Below are positions 35,301 through 49,406 of a DNA stretch of 64,000 nt, piece by piece. The translations under genes were made by a program, and so were the position numbers. Source of the stretch: Dipteris shenzhenensis (taxonomy: Eukaryota). The DNA is taken from the NCBI GenBank assembly GCA_047967505.1, contig CM106538.1; one strand, 5' to 3'. The first letter of the stretch is position 1. Every line of letters begins with the position of its first letter. The notes below the pieces were generated by a model, which saw only the letters and a list, made by a program, of their open reading frames with translations, ran no database searches and had not been told where the DNA came from.

Positions 35301-36734
35301 TTAAAATTTTTTGGAGAAAAGAAATATGGTTAGCATACAAGGATCAGTTCAGGCCTTTGATGCTTGGCGACAAAGTTGTCTTACTATTTGATGGTTTAGC
35401 CTCGATGGTTTAGCCCCTAATTAATCATGCATGCACCGCAGTGAGACTACTAAATATGATTCAGCCAACTACCACGGTGGCCTCAAGCACTGCAGTGACC
35501 TTTAGTCTACTTAAGCCTCTACTATTCTATTTCATTTGCCATTTTTGACTCCTTTCACTATTTTGTCTAGACCTTACTGATTTGCCATTTTTGACTCCCT
35601 TCACCATTTCCTCTCGATATTTCTCCCTTGCACTCTTGCTACAACTTTTATCCCCTCTCACAATGGATCCAAAATGTGTCATCCTACTCCATTTCTACAC
35701 AATCCAGGAGCTTTCTCACATAATCCATGAGCTTCTTAGACAATCTTTCCTCCCCCTTTGCATAGTACGAGAGCTTCTCACACAATCTTTCCTTCCCTAG
35801 TCTTAAAACTGTGACATATGAGAGCTCCTCACACAATATTTCCTCCGCTAATCTTGAAATTGTGACATAAAAGACCTTCTCACATAATCTTCAAAAGCCC
35901 AATTTGACTTCTCTCTCCAACAACACCAAATTGATAGATGAAGTGAACATGAAGGAGGGATATATTGTTTGTTAAAGTCAAAAGATTAACATCAGTGAAA
36001 GCATGATTGAAAAGGGGTTAGGCCTAGAGGCAATTCGCAAGCACAATTCTTGGAGAAGTCATGAAAGAAAAAGGATATTTTACCTTTAGATCCCAATGCT
36101 CAGACTAGTGCAAATGGTGGAGTCAAGGTTTCAAGCTTGCCAATAGATGCTTAGAATGTGTTGAAACAAATAAGGCAATACTTTCCAGATATGGAGGAAT
36201 CGTGAAGTTCTGGCATGTTCAAGCAATAGTAGAGAAATTGAGCAAATGTATGGTCTCTTTCTTAAGGTCAATCTCAAGGAGCATGATAACTAAAAGAATT
36301 ATAGGGATGGCAAATCCAAATTGTCATCTTGGTCAATCGAAGTCACTAGGCACCTGATGGGGACTTCCCTCAAATCAACTTTTGAGCAATACGATAAGAA
36401 GATGACTTTTCTATTTATGAAAGCTACCGATGTAGCAAAGACAACACTATGTGAGAGAATGCTTAAGGATGGCACAGAAGACAAGGTAGAGAAGGTAGAA
36501 CCAAAGGCCTTGCAAGCATGAGAGCAAGCTAAAGCCCACTAAAGAAGTGGCCGGGTTGGAAAGGCATAGAAGAGAAGAAGTGGAGAAGCACATAAAGCTA
36601 CTGTATCAGCAACTTGATGAAGTTGGAATGGACGGGGACAAATACAGAGCAAGAGCTAGCAGGGATGAAAAAACTTCTTGAAGATTAGAGAGACAAACAG
36701 GAGGCTCTTTACCAATGGCTCTACGATAAAACTA

Positions 36735-36896
36735 AGGTGAGAGAGAGAAAGAGAGGAGTGCACACAAGATTTCTAACTATACACTAACTTGTATTTCAAG
36801 GAAAATAGGAATATATACACAGACTCCTTAGGGTTAGGATTAGGGTTTGTCCCATAACCCTATCGTGCAATTTACACCGTCTCAACACCCCCTCTT
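36735..36896 (-). mobile_element. LTR remnant (ends TCAACA at 36887) with adjacent PPT
   Basis: CCCCCTCTT follows CAACA. Layout (GA-rich, GAATATATACA, TTAGGGTTAGG) resembles 44313-44510. Confidence 0.55.
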
Positions 36897-39800
36897 AAAT
36901 TGGAGTACATAAGCAAATGGTGTTTTACAAAACACAATTTTTTTATTTTTTGAAATTGATTTTTTTATATTTACATTGTCTTAGATTGCGCTACATAAGT
37001 AGATGGTGTTTTACAAAACACAATTTTTTGATTTTTTGAATGTTGCATGATGGCAACAGAAATAAAGATAAGAAAAGATGCACAAGAGTGCAAAAAGAGT
37101 GCAGTAGAAAAAGTATATGTACAAAGGTATACAACTTAACCTTTCTTAAGTTGCAATTTGCAAAGACCAAGTTGATGTCACAAAGTGTGCAAACTTATCA
37201 AGGGAACGACTTGTTCTTATATCATACAATAGACATACCCATGTAGTTTAGATGAGTCATTGTGAGCTAGTGAACAGGTCAAACTAGATCTTGAGTGAAA
37301 CGTGCTAGCTCTCATAAGAGCTCATGGTGGTATGATCACCTTTCGACGGGTTCTAGGGGAGAGTACAAGGTTGTGAAAGTGTAGACTAAGAACCAACACC
37401 TAAGCTCGTTGTAGGTAGGGAGAGGCAGTATGAAGTTTATAGTAGCAGGTTGGGGTGGTGGCTATCTGGAGGAACTAGAGAAGACACATCCTAATACATT
37501 ATCAGCTGCTCTAGCTCCTGAGGAGGCAAAATGGAGACTTATAATCTAGAGGGATCTCAAGAGCACAGGCTTGGAGATTCGGCTTCCATGGTAGAGTAGC
37601 TACATGATGCATTTCTATTCACGTCATGGTGTATGGTCACTCTTGGTTGGCCAATAGCTTGGTTGAACATTATTTTCCATAATCCATGGGGTTGCATGCT
37701 CTATACTATTGAACCTAGTAGAGTGCCAGCTTAAGTAAGTACGACCTAGCATGTAAACATAAAGCGGGAGAGATGCGTAATGGCTCTAAAACAAAGCATT
37801 GTTTGAGCGGTGCTTGTAAAACCAACATAGTTGTCATTCTAATAGATCATGTGGTCGATCTAGACGACGCTATAACCATTGTAAAACTTGAATGCCTAAG
37901 TTTTTTTAAGGTTGGTTGTGGTCGAGCTCATAGTTACGGCAGGATGTAGCAAGGTATGCATATAGGCCTGGAGTAAGTTTCGCTTCCCCGCACTCTATTG
38001 AGTGCTGAGCGTAGTGCTATGGACTAGTAGCCAACTATTGGGAGTTGAGGATAAGTGACCCAAGTCATCTCTATTGGGCTCCCATGTGCACCTTCACTAC
38101 ACTACATAAAGCATAGCACTCAGCAAGCTAGGTTGTATAATTTGAATAGGTGTATCTGAGCTTGATGGCATGGCACGGGGAGAAAAAGCATATAGCTACC
38201 AATGGCTCACCTGTGTCATTTCCATCTTCTACTCAAGGTTTAGAGGCACTGCTGGTGGTACGTTAATCTATCCTGCCACTTGAAGATGGTCCCCAAGTAT
38301 CATCAGTAAGCTCCTTCACTATGCCGCTCCTAGTCTCGATCCTTCTTTGGGCACCACAGTCGAGGGTGTCTGGCACAAAGTCTCCTCATCATCCGGGGTC
38401 CCCAAACTTCTTTAAAGGTGCAAGTCCTGAGGTTCCTTAGATCCCCCTAGATGTTAGTGACTTGCTCCTATCACTAGTCAATTATCCTCTACCTCTTGTG
38501 TTTTCTCTCCTTGTCCTTGGTGGGAAATGTTGATGTGCCTAGTGGTCATTACTTCCCCACTATGATTTCATTTAATTCCAATCCTGCATACAAACATGCT
38601 CTCCCATGTGGGTACTTGACTACCATATCTGCCTCCAAGGTAGGGGGATCGAGGGCATGGTAATCACGTCCCTTATCCCGTGCTGTCAGGGAGTCTATAC
38701 CCACTTCCTTTTCTATATAACATAAGGGAAGTTTGATCTATGCTTCCTACATCCTAGATTTTGTATGAAGGCCCCTCGAGTATTAAACCCATGTCAAAAT
38801 TGAAGAGCTAGGGTAGTTAAAATTCCGAGGAGGAGGTGCTGATACAATCATTTTCACATCAATAGTTCAAGTCCTTGTCCTTTGATTTTGATTCCCAGTC
38901 GCATATATTCCTTCAATATAAAAGCACATATATGTGTTTAAGCACATATTCCCCTCCTATGTTTATGCATATATGTCATTCTTGTATAGAGGCATGTAAG
39001 TGTGTAGGGGTAGACATATATATATATATATATCTCAATATGCTCATGCTCTATAAGAAGCAAGTGTGTATGTGTGTGTGTGCATGTGCGTGCGCGTGTG
39101 TGTTACTACTTTAGTGAATCTACATCTCCATTATTCTACAATTGTAGCCATAGGCCCCTAGCAACTATTGCTTCATCAAGACTATGTTTTTAACAAATTA
39201 TTGCTTAAGGGTGCAACAAAGAGGATCATTAAGCAAAGAGAAATGCATTTGCTTACGCTAGCTGCATTTTAAAATGGAAATCCAAGGGAAGAGTTTCTTG
39301 TCAATTTTTGCAATGGCAAAATCCATAAGACAATTTCCAAGTTAAACAAGCTTTAAGATAGTTCATATTCTAGTTCCCACTGCAAATGGATACAATTATG
39401 CAAGTGTGCCCAAACCGGGTCAAGAATGCTATATCTCTCATTATAAGTCCCTCAAGTGTATTCTTCAAGGTTGACAACGTCCTTTTTTGCAATACCATGC
39501 GAAAAAGTCCACTTGCAAATCCGCCCGAGAGGTGTGTTAACTCACTTGGCACCATCACAACAAAAATAAGGTTAGAATACATTTGTGATGTGGAAGCTAG
39601 GCTTCAATGCTGGCACATAGTTGCTATCAATGTCACTCTATCTAGATTAGCAATGAGCAAATCCTACTCCAAACATAATTAGAGGTTGGCTCCTAAAAAG
39701 TTAATGAAATAATTATAAAATGCTAGAGAAGTTCCCAAGAGAATAAACAAAAACCTCAAAAATTGGGGGTACTTTAAGGTAAAGACATTAATCATGAAAT

Positions 39801-41496
39801 GGTACCCTCTGGTTTCCATCTCATATTAATCCATGCTTATAATTCTGCAAGGTAAAATCTTAAAAGGGTCTCCAATTTTTTTGGATCATCAGGGTTATTC
39901 TATTTAGAAGTACAAAGGATTATCCTACTAAGGGGTGTTATAATGAATTCAAAATCAATGGAAATATGTCTTGACTAAACCTTGCATCATAAATACCATA
40001 GTTTAGGCTTAATTTCTCCTCAACCTTGGAACTTTAACAATTCTTAATCAAGGCTTAAAAGTTCTCCAAAAAAATTTGAGTAATCCAACTAAAAATAGGA
40101 TGATCTTTAAGAGGATAATTTCAATATACATCTACCAAGAGTGTGTGTGTAGACTTTTTACTGCAAAGGAACACAACTATTGCATGCTGCGACATTGGGG
40201 GCCAATACAACTTCACCTAGAGATACATATAGTGATCTTCGCCTTGTCTTTTGTACAACTAGACTCTCATCCCCATAATAGTGAGCCCTATTTTTCAACG
40301 CTAGAAAGATACTTTCCGATGGCCTCCTACATGCAAGGCTGCATGCATGCAGCTCATGCATCCATGCGAATTCAAACGCATTGGATATGTGGGCAAGGAG
40401 GATTTGTCTGAGCCATCTTGACTTCTCCTGACATACAGATGGTAATTTAATTTCTACACCTTGCTCTCTTTTTTGTGTAAAGCATCAATGTACTGAAATG
40501 AATTCTGATACAGTTGTGTGTAGGTTGAAAATATGACAATGAGGACATGATAAAAGAGGGTTGCCCAGCCTCACCACCACAAGAGAAGGAAATCCACCAC
40601 ATCCAGGACTCTATAGGGCAACACTCCACCTCTAGAGCCCCACAATGTTGTGCCCACATGGGCATTGTTGGGGTTCCAAAGCTTAGAGGAGCGGTGAGGC
40701 TCCTCACATGGCAATTCTAGAGCAAGAGCAACCCGCTATTCCATGCGAGCTGAGCTTGAGCAGGATGCTTGTGGATGAGAATATATTTATTTGTATTGTG
40801 AAAAATAATATTCTCGAGGCAAGTGTAGGAGTATTTTGGAACAGCTTTACATTTACACTCACTTTTTGGAATAAGATTATATTTCACTATTTTTTGGAAC
40901 AATATGGCATCTTTCAGTTTTGTGGAGTAAGGCTACATTTTTATTACATTTTGAAATAAGATTACCGGCTTTAGATAGCCTTTTGGAGTACGGCAAGCAT
41001 GCCTTTAAATAGCTTTCTTTTAGCTCTAGATTCATGAATGTGTAAGTGGGATGATATAAGAAGTTTGGGCTGAACAAATGCTTGAAACAAATTGGCTGGA
41101 ATAGAGGGTTAGGTGCCCATGTACAGATTTAAGATTATGGGGTTGAAATATATGTTTCCGAGTTTAAGTTTGAAATGATAAGTGAGCAAAGAGAGCACCG
41201 TGCTGAATTAATAATAATGGCCTAGAGAAATGAATTAAATGACCATGCAAAGATTCATGCTTGTGCAAGAGGGTTGAATAATGGGAATGGGCTAAAAGAT
41301 AAATGGATTGAGACAAGGTTTGGTTGAAATAAGAGGTTTGACAATACCTTTAAAATAGCTTTATTTCAGCTTTAGATTCATGAATGTGTAAGAGAGATGA
41401 GATAAGTAGTTTGGGATGAAACAAAATTTTGAGATTATAAGTGTGAAATGTAAAATATGGGCTAGAATAATTGGCTAGAATAAAGGGTTTATGAAT

Positions 41497-42255
41497 GTGT
41501 GATTAGGGTGTTTATGAATGTGTTGTACACAGAAGTTTTGCATTCGGGCTGTTATCATTATTACTACTCTCATGTTTGTTCAGGTTGAGATGAATTAGTT
41601 TATTGTTCTAATGGGCTGAGATGAATTCATTTATTGCTCTAATGTTTGCTCGAGCTGAAATGAATTTGCATACCATAGCTGCACTCCCTCATGCATTCAA
41701 TACGTCCCATGCACCCCATCAGCCCATTGCATTATCACACATATCAATAGCTTGTGGCATTTCTTAAACCCATTGCATTTAAGTTTGATGAAATCTTAGT
41801 TGGCACTCGATCAGCCCATTGCAATGTCACACATATCAGTAACTCGTGGCATTTCTTAAACCCATTGCATTTCAATTTGCTAAAATCTAAGTTTGCAGAA
41901 TATAAAGTTTGCCTACAATACTTCTCAATAGGACTGTTTAATTCGGGTTGTTTATGATTAGGCTGTTTATGAATGTGTTATACAGAGAGCTTTTGCATTT
42001 GAGCTATTATCATTTCTCTCATGTTTGTTTAGGCTGAGATGAATATTCATTTATTGCTCTAATCTTTGCTTGGGCTGAAATGAATTCGCATACCATAGCT
42101 GCACTCCCTCATGCATTCAATACAACCCATGCACCCCATCAGCCCATTGCATTGTCACACATATTAATAGCTTATGGCATTCCTTAAACCCATTGCATTT
42201 AAGTTTGCTGAAATCTGAGTTGGTAGAATACAAAGTTCACATGCAATACTTCACT
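41497..42255. repeat. Compound tandem duplication (about 450-bp period with an internal about 90-bp repeat)
   Basis: GCATACCATAGCTGCACTCCCTCATGCATTCAATAC occurs twice; ATCAGCCCATTGCA...CTTAAACCCATTGCATTT occurs three times. Confidence 0.9.
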
Positions 42256-44300
42256 GATCATGATATTTTGTGGTAAAATATTTCAGTTAAGAAAACCAAA
42301 AAATCCAACCTTAAACATAATTCCATAATTTTGGCTCCAATATATAACATAATTTCATATAGTGTTATGGAACCCAATATTTTATATACTTTCATATTGG
42401 ACAATTCAATATATATCATAATTCCATACAATGTTCAGGGATCCAAAAATATCAAATAATTCTATAATGTAGAATCCAGCATGCTTTCATTTAGTGGAAT
42501 CCAAAAAGGAGCCCAACATAATGCTAATAAGGAATCCAATAGAATTCCATAGAAAATATTGCGATAAAAAAATCCAAAAGTAGTATGGTCACACTGCCCT
42601 ACAATGAAAGGCTACTCTCTAATGGTAGCATAATCTAGCCTTTGTTGCATGATCCGATTTCTTTTCCACCTTTATGTTTGAAATGCAGATGGATCAAGCA
42701 AGGCTTCGAGTGGTGGTTTTGGCCTTTGTGAATGTCTTTTTCCTATGAATGGTCGTGCTCTTCGGATTGTCACGCCAAAGCCATCTCATATGGCTTGCAA
42801 TCCCATAGCAAGATGTCTGGATCTTGGGCCCTAGCACTCAAAGCATGAATATTGTGGACAAGTTTGGTCATCAAGATGGAAGATGGGCACACAACATAGG
42901 ATCTTCACCTCTATTAATCATAGAGTAAAACCACCCATCACGCTCAACTTTCAATAACATTTAACAACATAGCAAGTTTTTAGATACTTGAGAAAGACAA
43001 TCTGCATATGCAATTGCAGTAGTGAGTTGGGCTTGTAGTCTAGCTTGGTAAGCATCTGCATGAACCAAGTAAATTATGTTACGTACATGCGGCTGAGTTT
43101 ATCATGGTTGTCCACTGTGATGGAGAGGTCATTGGTGGATGTGCTGTGGGCGCTACTCGTTTGAAGTAGTCGATCACTATTCGATGGAGTCCTGTGTCAG
43201 GAGGTCTGATTGGAGGCGGTACTAGAGAGCGGATCGTGAGTTGCCTGTGTGGACTCGTCGAGGAGCCACCTACTGGAGTTGCATGAGAGCCTTTTGTAGT
43301 TGCCCTTATAGATGCCATCTATGGCAGTCGGTGGTAGTTTGTTGAGGTAGTTCGTTGACAGCCCAACATGAGGCTTTTGAGGTCATTGCTCATGCTCGTA
43401 CAATTGCTTTGGAGTTGAGATTGGTGGTGTGGTGTGTCAAATCGGTTGGTCGATTAAAGGAGTCGTGAGCTTCATTCTTATCATTGCAGGTTGTCGATGC
43501 GCATGTGAGCCTTATCGTTGAAGTTGTGTGGTTGAAGTTGACACTGAGCTTTGCCCGTCAACTGTGGGCTGCAAGGTTGGACTTAGAGGCATTAGGTGCA
43601 GGTTGATCTGCTAGTTGGTGGAGCTCGTGAAGAGAGTCAGTGTATGGCGTCGACGTTGCTAGTTGCAATTGGTTGCTTGGAGCAACAGATGGGTTGGAGG
43701 CGATCATAACTAAGGTCACACTGTCGTTCATCAAGCACCTCTAGCTCCCATGCCCACACTACAATCCTCCTTCTCATACCCATCTTTCTCAAGAGACTGC
43801 AATGAGTCCTCAAAGCAACTTGTCTGAATTCGCGTCATACGAGTGCCCATATCATGGCAATGGCATAGCTGATTTGCGGGCCATTGAACTCAATGGCTGG
43901 CTATAGTTATAGAGGGATATGAAGAAACCAGATGGTCAGGAATAGACTATTCCTTTCAAGAGATGTCTCCCTCTCTCTATCCCTATAAAATAGAGCTTCA
44001 AAAGCTCTCTATCTCTAAAGCAAGAAATCTCTCACAAAGGTTCTTTGAATAGAAAATCTCTCTCTCTCTCTCTCTCTCTCTCAAAGAATGAACAACTCAC
44101 TCAATGAAAGGACTGCAATGAATGGAATCAAGAATTGAATGGAATTCTCACAAAGAACTCGCTATGAACAGAGTCTATGACATAAATTTTTTCTCTCTTA
44201 CTAGAAACCTTTCATCAATGGAATGAAAGCATGAAGCTCAATGTCTCAATCAATCACACTCTCTCATGTGGATTATAATGCCTCAGCGGAAGGCAAGGGA

Positions 44301-44510
44301 GCCCTGATACCATGACAAAATATGAAGAGGGGAGAGGAGAAGAGTGGAGATGAGGAGAGAGGGCATAGCTAGAGAGCACACCACAAATGACTAACTGTAC
44401 ATTAGATTTAGTTAAAAATGTAGAATATATACAAACCCCTTTAGGGTTAGGGTATCTAACCCTTTCCTTTATAGCACTCTATGTGTTAGTGCTATGCACA
44501 ATATCAAACA
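44301..44510 (-). mobile_element. tRNA-Met PBS (44301-44312) and 5' LTR of a decayed Copia-like element extending leftwards
   Basis: Minus strand TGGTATCAGGGC adjoins a TG...CA block (44313-44510) similar in layout to 36735-36887. Confidence 0.6.
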
Positions 44511-44619
44511 TATGATGTTGAGATTGTTTCTCACAGAATATGTCCTTAAATGTGTCTCCTTACTATTTTTGCAATGTGCATCTGTGCCATTGCTTGCAGT
44601 GAATCGTTGCAAAAGAGAT

Positions 44620-45960
44620 GATTGTGGAATAGTGCATAAGATAAGATTGTTGACTCCACCTATAGGCCCTTTTGACAACATGCAGGATCATGTGGTGGAG
44701 AAGAGACCCATGTACACAATCATAAGGCAGGTGCATATCCCTTGGAATAGAGTTGTAGACTTCTTGGAAGGTGAAGGTAGAAGGGAAGAATATCCAACAA
44801 ACTTTAAAAAGACATCCAATCATAGCAAGTCCACTAGCTCTATGGAGAGGCCGAATCAGCATGGTTGGATGCCACGTACAGAGTATATTTCTATGCAATG
44901 AAAACATATGAAATGTTCTTTTCAAGGATTCATTGTTTGCAGATTAATCCTTAAATTGCATGCCATAATTATGTCTTTGCGTTGATAGGTTCTGCTGCTC
45001 TTATAGTCCAAATGATGCTTGCTATAAACCATCACCTCCTCCAATCGATAAGAGTAAGTGCCCAAAGTCTGAAAAAGATAGTAGGCCTAGGAGAGTTTTC
45101 AATACTTATCAACATGGTTGTTTGTGTCACTTCATCATCTAGAGATTATATTTCTGGACAGATGTAGGATGCATCAACTACATTGAAATGAATCACATAA
45201 TAAGAATGACGAGATTTGTCATGGAATACTTTACTTGAGATGTTCAAAAGCATCTAGTAACTTTGCTCCTTGGTTATCTTTCGAAATCAAAGAATGAATT
45301 TTCATTATGTTAGCCAGGGGACTTACACCATAGCAAGTGTTTAAAGAGCACATTCTCTTGGCTAAGAGAAAGAAGGATGAAAATTGTGAATGTTCTTTAG
45401 GTCGAGATGACTTCTTAACTCTTTGAGATATTCTCAGTGTCAACAATAGATTTGCTACTAACACATTCCAATATCATGCCAATGATGCCATTACTGTGCT
45501 GCTATGGGTCCAACAAAACTACACTTCCACCTTTCTATATGTGGAGCAAGATGTTGCTTGTGGAAAGGCTTTTACACTGAGTATACAAACTCCATGGCAG
45601 TTGGAGATGTGCAGTAAGTATGGAAACAATGGTCTGCTAGCTATGGATGCTACATTTGGAGCCAATAAGTATAAGGCAAGGCGTTGTTTGCTTCATTCCA
45701 TTCCTTTTATGATGTGCTTTGATTTCAAGACTATTAATTATGTTTGATACTGTTGTAGTTCCACTTGTACTCTATTTTGATTTTTCATTCCCATCGCAAT
45801 GGGATCCTCGTTGCATTGCATTTGTCATCACTTCCTCCTCTGCTATGGAGGATACAATCACGTGCTTGACAACTTTCCACAATCACATTTTGGATCACAA
45901 CAAAACATGGGACCCCAATGCATTTATAGTCAATGATACTATTACAGAGACAACAACCAT
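44620..45960 (+). pseudogene. Mutator-like (MULE) transposase remnant with introns
   Basis: IPWNRVVDFLEGE..., E|FCCSYSPND across intron 44883-44988, HGCLCHFII, IQTPWQLEM...NGLLAMDATFGANKYK|FHLY across intron 45676-45758, and PNAFIVND. Several stops are present. Confidence 0.8.
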
Positions 45961-46440
45961 AAGATTACACAGCCATCTACAAAAAAGATCGATGAAGAGG
46001 AGCAAGAATTGCCAGAAGCACCTCGAGAAGAGCAACATCAATTGAGTCGGTCTACTAGGGAAAGTAGACCACCAGCCAGGTTAACATATGCTCAGAAAGG
46101 CAAAAAATTTAGGTTGAAACTACCAATTATGCTCTTATGACTACCATCATGGCTACAGAAGAGCCAGTGTACTTCGAAGACACAGTTGACAAGCCAAGAT
46201 AGCAAACTGCTACTGTGAATGAAGAAATGGAAGCTTTGTACAAAAACAACACTTGGGAATTATTGCAACCTTCCACTAGGAAAGAAGGCCATAGTAAACA
46301 AATGGGTTTACAAAGTGAAGTACAATCCAGATGGAAGCCATGAAAGATACAAAGCCAGACTAGATGCAAAAGAATTTGCACATCAATATGGTTAGGATTA
46401 GGATGAGACTTATGCTCTAGTAGCAAAGATGGATTCCATA
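45960..46440 (+). mobile_element. Copia integrase-RT linker and RT N-terminal fragment
   Basis: RSTRESRPP; EEPVYFE...EEMEALYKNNTWELL; KWVYKVKYNPDGS...RYKARLDAK. Confidence 0.8.
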
Positions 46441-48599
46441 CGTCTTGATTGCTTGTCCTACCCTATACTCTTTGTAGGAAGATTGGAAGACACTCCTTGT
46501 ATTGTGAAGGGACAATCTCTCAATGAACACCTAAGCACTTGATAATTCATGGATTTCCTATTATCCCTTAGTGTGGTAGCGAGAGATACACCCTCACATA
46601 TATTGGAATGTTGGATTCACCATCATCCTTATGATAGAGCCTTGAATCCCCTTAGTTTGCCTCTACAACCTTGTCTAGTGTGTGTTTCCCCATTCTACAC
46701 TCATAATTTATTATACAAGAATTGATGGATGACATAAACATGCCAAGAAGGAAGTCTTGCACATGCTTGAGAGAACACACATGGTAAGAGTCTTGTGAGT
46801 GTGAGCTACCGTAAAAAGAGTTGGATGACTAAGTATTGGAGTGAATAGGAAAGAACTCATGTGTAGCACTTGCTAAGAAGAATGCGCTTGGTCATCAGTG
46901 CCTCTTGCATGTAAGCTATCATAGGAAAGTTAGCTAACTAAAATTTTGACATCTATATATAGAATAGCATAAACCTTCTTAGGAATTACAAATAATTGAG
47001 TCATGAAATAGGACCTTAGATTCATACATTTAGTAATGATTTCGTTTGCTCTCAAACGACTCCACAATCCTTCTCAAAGTCTCAACGTGCTTCAAGGCAG
47101 ACACTCAAAAAGCTCCAAAAGTTTCTCTTGACACTCAATAAATACTCATGACGCTGTTCTCATGATGTTGTTCTCAAGACAAAAATCGCTCATGCAAACC
47201 TGACTTCTCTGCAAGATTCCCATTGGTCCTCATGACATGCTCGAATACCAATGTAAGAATTTAGTTCAAACAATATGTCAACTTCCGATATCCAAAACTC
47301 CAAATACACGTAACTTGGAAATGTTTCACAACTCTCATTCCCACCTCCTATCACACAATATGAAGAATTATTGTCACATGATTCAATTTTGTCGATAGGA
47401 GCATATTGGAAATCAACAAACAAGCTTTCTTGAAAGCTATGTGTTGTGATGCCTTTTGTCAAAACACCAAAATACCTTTTAAGTATCACTTACATTGAGT
47501 GAGCCATCCTTAGATCATAGCTACATATAAGAAAACTCCATTCCTTAGCCATATACTTTACTGAAGCATCATCTCTATTAGCATTTCAAGCATTGGAAAC
47601 TAAGACAAACTTTCTAGCTTCCTTCTTCTTCTCTTTCTCCAATCTCTTTCATTGATATGATGTTTTGGCTTCTTGTAATATTGGCATACTCCCTTCTTCT
47701 TTTCTGTGTGTACTTTAACCTTTTTCTTATAGAAGGAGCCTTAATATGTGCACCACCAAACTTCTCTTATTGAGACAAAGCTCCACCAAATAAGTTGTAA
47801 TCCTATGTTATTACACAATTTTCCTACAACACTATGAATGGTTTCCACACTTGATAGACACTAACCCAATAAGCCAATGCTTAGCTAAGTAAGTGCAATA
47901 TGGCAATTCCTATAAGCAAATTTCCCTTGACACAAGGTCCAAATTGTAAGCAAGATAAAGTATTAGCCCCAAATTTTGATCTATATAGAGAAAGGTTACA
48001 CAAAAAGAGAGCAAAGACTCATATATTTATTTTAACTCTCAATTTAAACAAGACCAAGACACCCTACACACCACTATTGTGTTTGTTGCAAGTTTACAAG
48101 AGAGGGACCGACTAAGGACCCTAGACTGGACAAGACTCGGCTATGAGCAGTTCTACCAAAGACAATCATAGAAATGGAAGCCAAATGACAACTCATAGGA
48201 GCAACACACACACATAGGCTCGCAGCCTGGACAAATAGAGTGAGCATGAAGCTCAAAAATCAAGATCACATATTATCACATGTGCCCAACCGTTCAATAT
48301 CCAAAGGTTCAAATCCTCCTGATGAGGGATTTTATCCACATCTCATGGGTTAAGATACTTGCAAGTTTCTTAACAAAGCATTCAAGTGTTGAACTCTCTC
48401 CCTCCTAATGCATAAGCTAAGCTAGCCCCTTGAGGGGTTGCACATGAACATGCTCTTACGAGCTTATGGCATGGAGGGAAAAGACATGGGTATAGGGATG
48501 GTTTATTTGGCCTTAAAATAGCATTATTATGAAGTTATTCCCTTGATGCATGACATAAAGGTCAAAGGGAAAATGAGAGAGCACTAAAATGATATTTAC

Positions 48600-49200
48600 A
48601 CAGTGGGCCGTTGCGCAAGCTTGGGCGGGCAATGGACGGCCGAGATTGGCTACCCATCAAGTTTGGGTGGTGGACATGTTTACCACATTAGCTCAACTTT
48701 AGCGGGCTGTAACCACCCTTAGGCGCTTTATAGACCGCCCATGCTTGCCCAAGCATAGCCCAATGTTGGTACATTACTTTGATAAAAGCTTGGGCATGGG
48801 TATTTATAGACCACCCAACGTCTCTTGCTTCTCGGCAACAAAAAGATATTAAATAAGAAACTTACAAATTAATATGATTGGTGGATAAGAGCCCATTCCC
48901 ACTCTACGCTCGTCAATGCTGCTTGTACATTGATGCACATTTTTTAGCGTTGCTCAACGTGGGTTCCCACGACACTCCTCATTGAGAACTTGCAACAAGT
49001 TCTGGTAGTTGCAAATCGACAGAGATGATTGTTTGGAAAGAGGCTAACCCCGAAATGCCCACCTAGAGAGACCACTTTGCCGTCTTCAACAACAGGGCAT
49101 TCCATTGCCACACTGGAGCTCTCGCTGCTCGTGGGAACTTCCCAATTCGTGGCATGTGCGCTCTGGTGGGAACATCCTCTAAGTCGTGAGGTCCTCCTCC
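48600..49200 (-). mobile_element. Possible hAT-like DNA transposon remnant
   Basis: Clustered GCTTGGGC/GCCCAAGC/ATAGACC.CCC motifs starting at a CAG end, next to decayed coding-like sequence. Weak support only. Confidence 0.25.
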
Positions 49201-49315
49201 ACCTCCTCATGCGCTCATTGGTTAGTGTAAATGCCCTTAGAAATGTAGGAAAAGTTCCACATCAAATGGAGGTCATTTTAAAAGCCACTCCCCACAGGAT
49301 GTTCATTCTTGGGTT

Positions 49316-49323
49316 TAGGGTTT
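49316..49323 (+). promoter_or_regulatory. Telo-box (TAGGGTTT) upstream of the WDR46 start codon
   Basis: Reverse complement is AAACCCTA, about 90 bp before the ATG. Telo-boxes are known in plant ribosome-biogenesis gene promoters. Confidence 0.6.
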
Positions 49324-49406
49324 TGTAGCCTGTGCTAAAAAAGCAATGATCTTACGCCTCAAAGTCCTTACGATTCCTGTGCCTTAGGACTTTACCTTGA
49401 TCCCGT

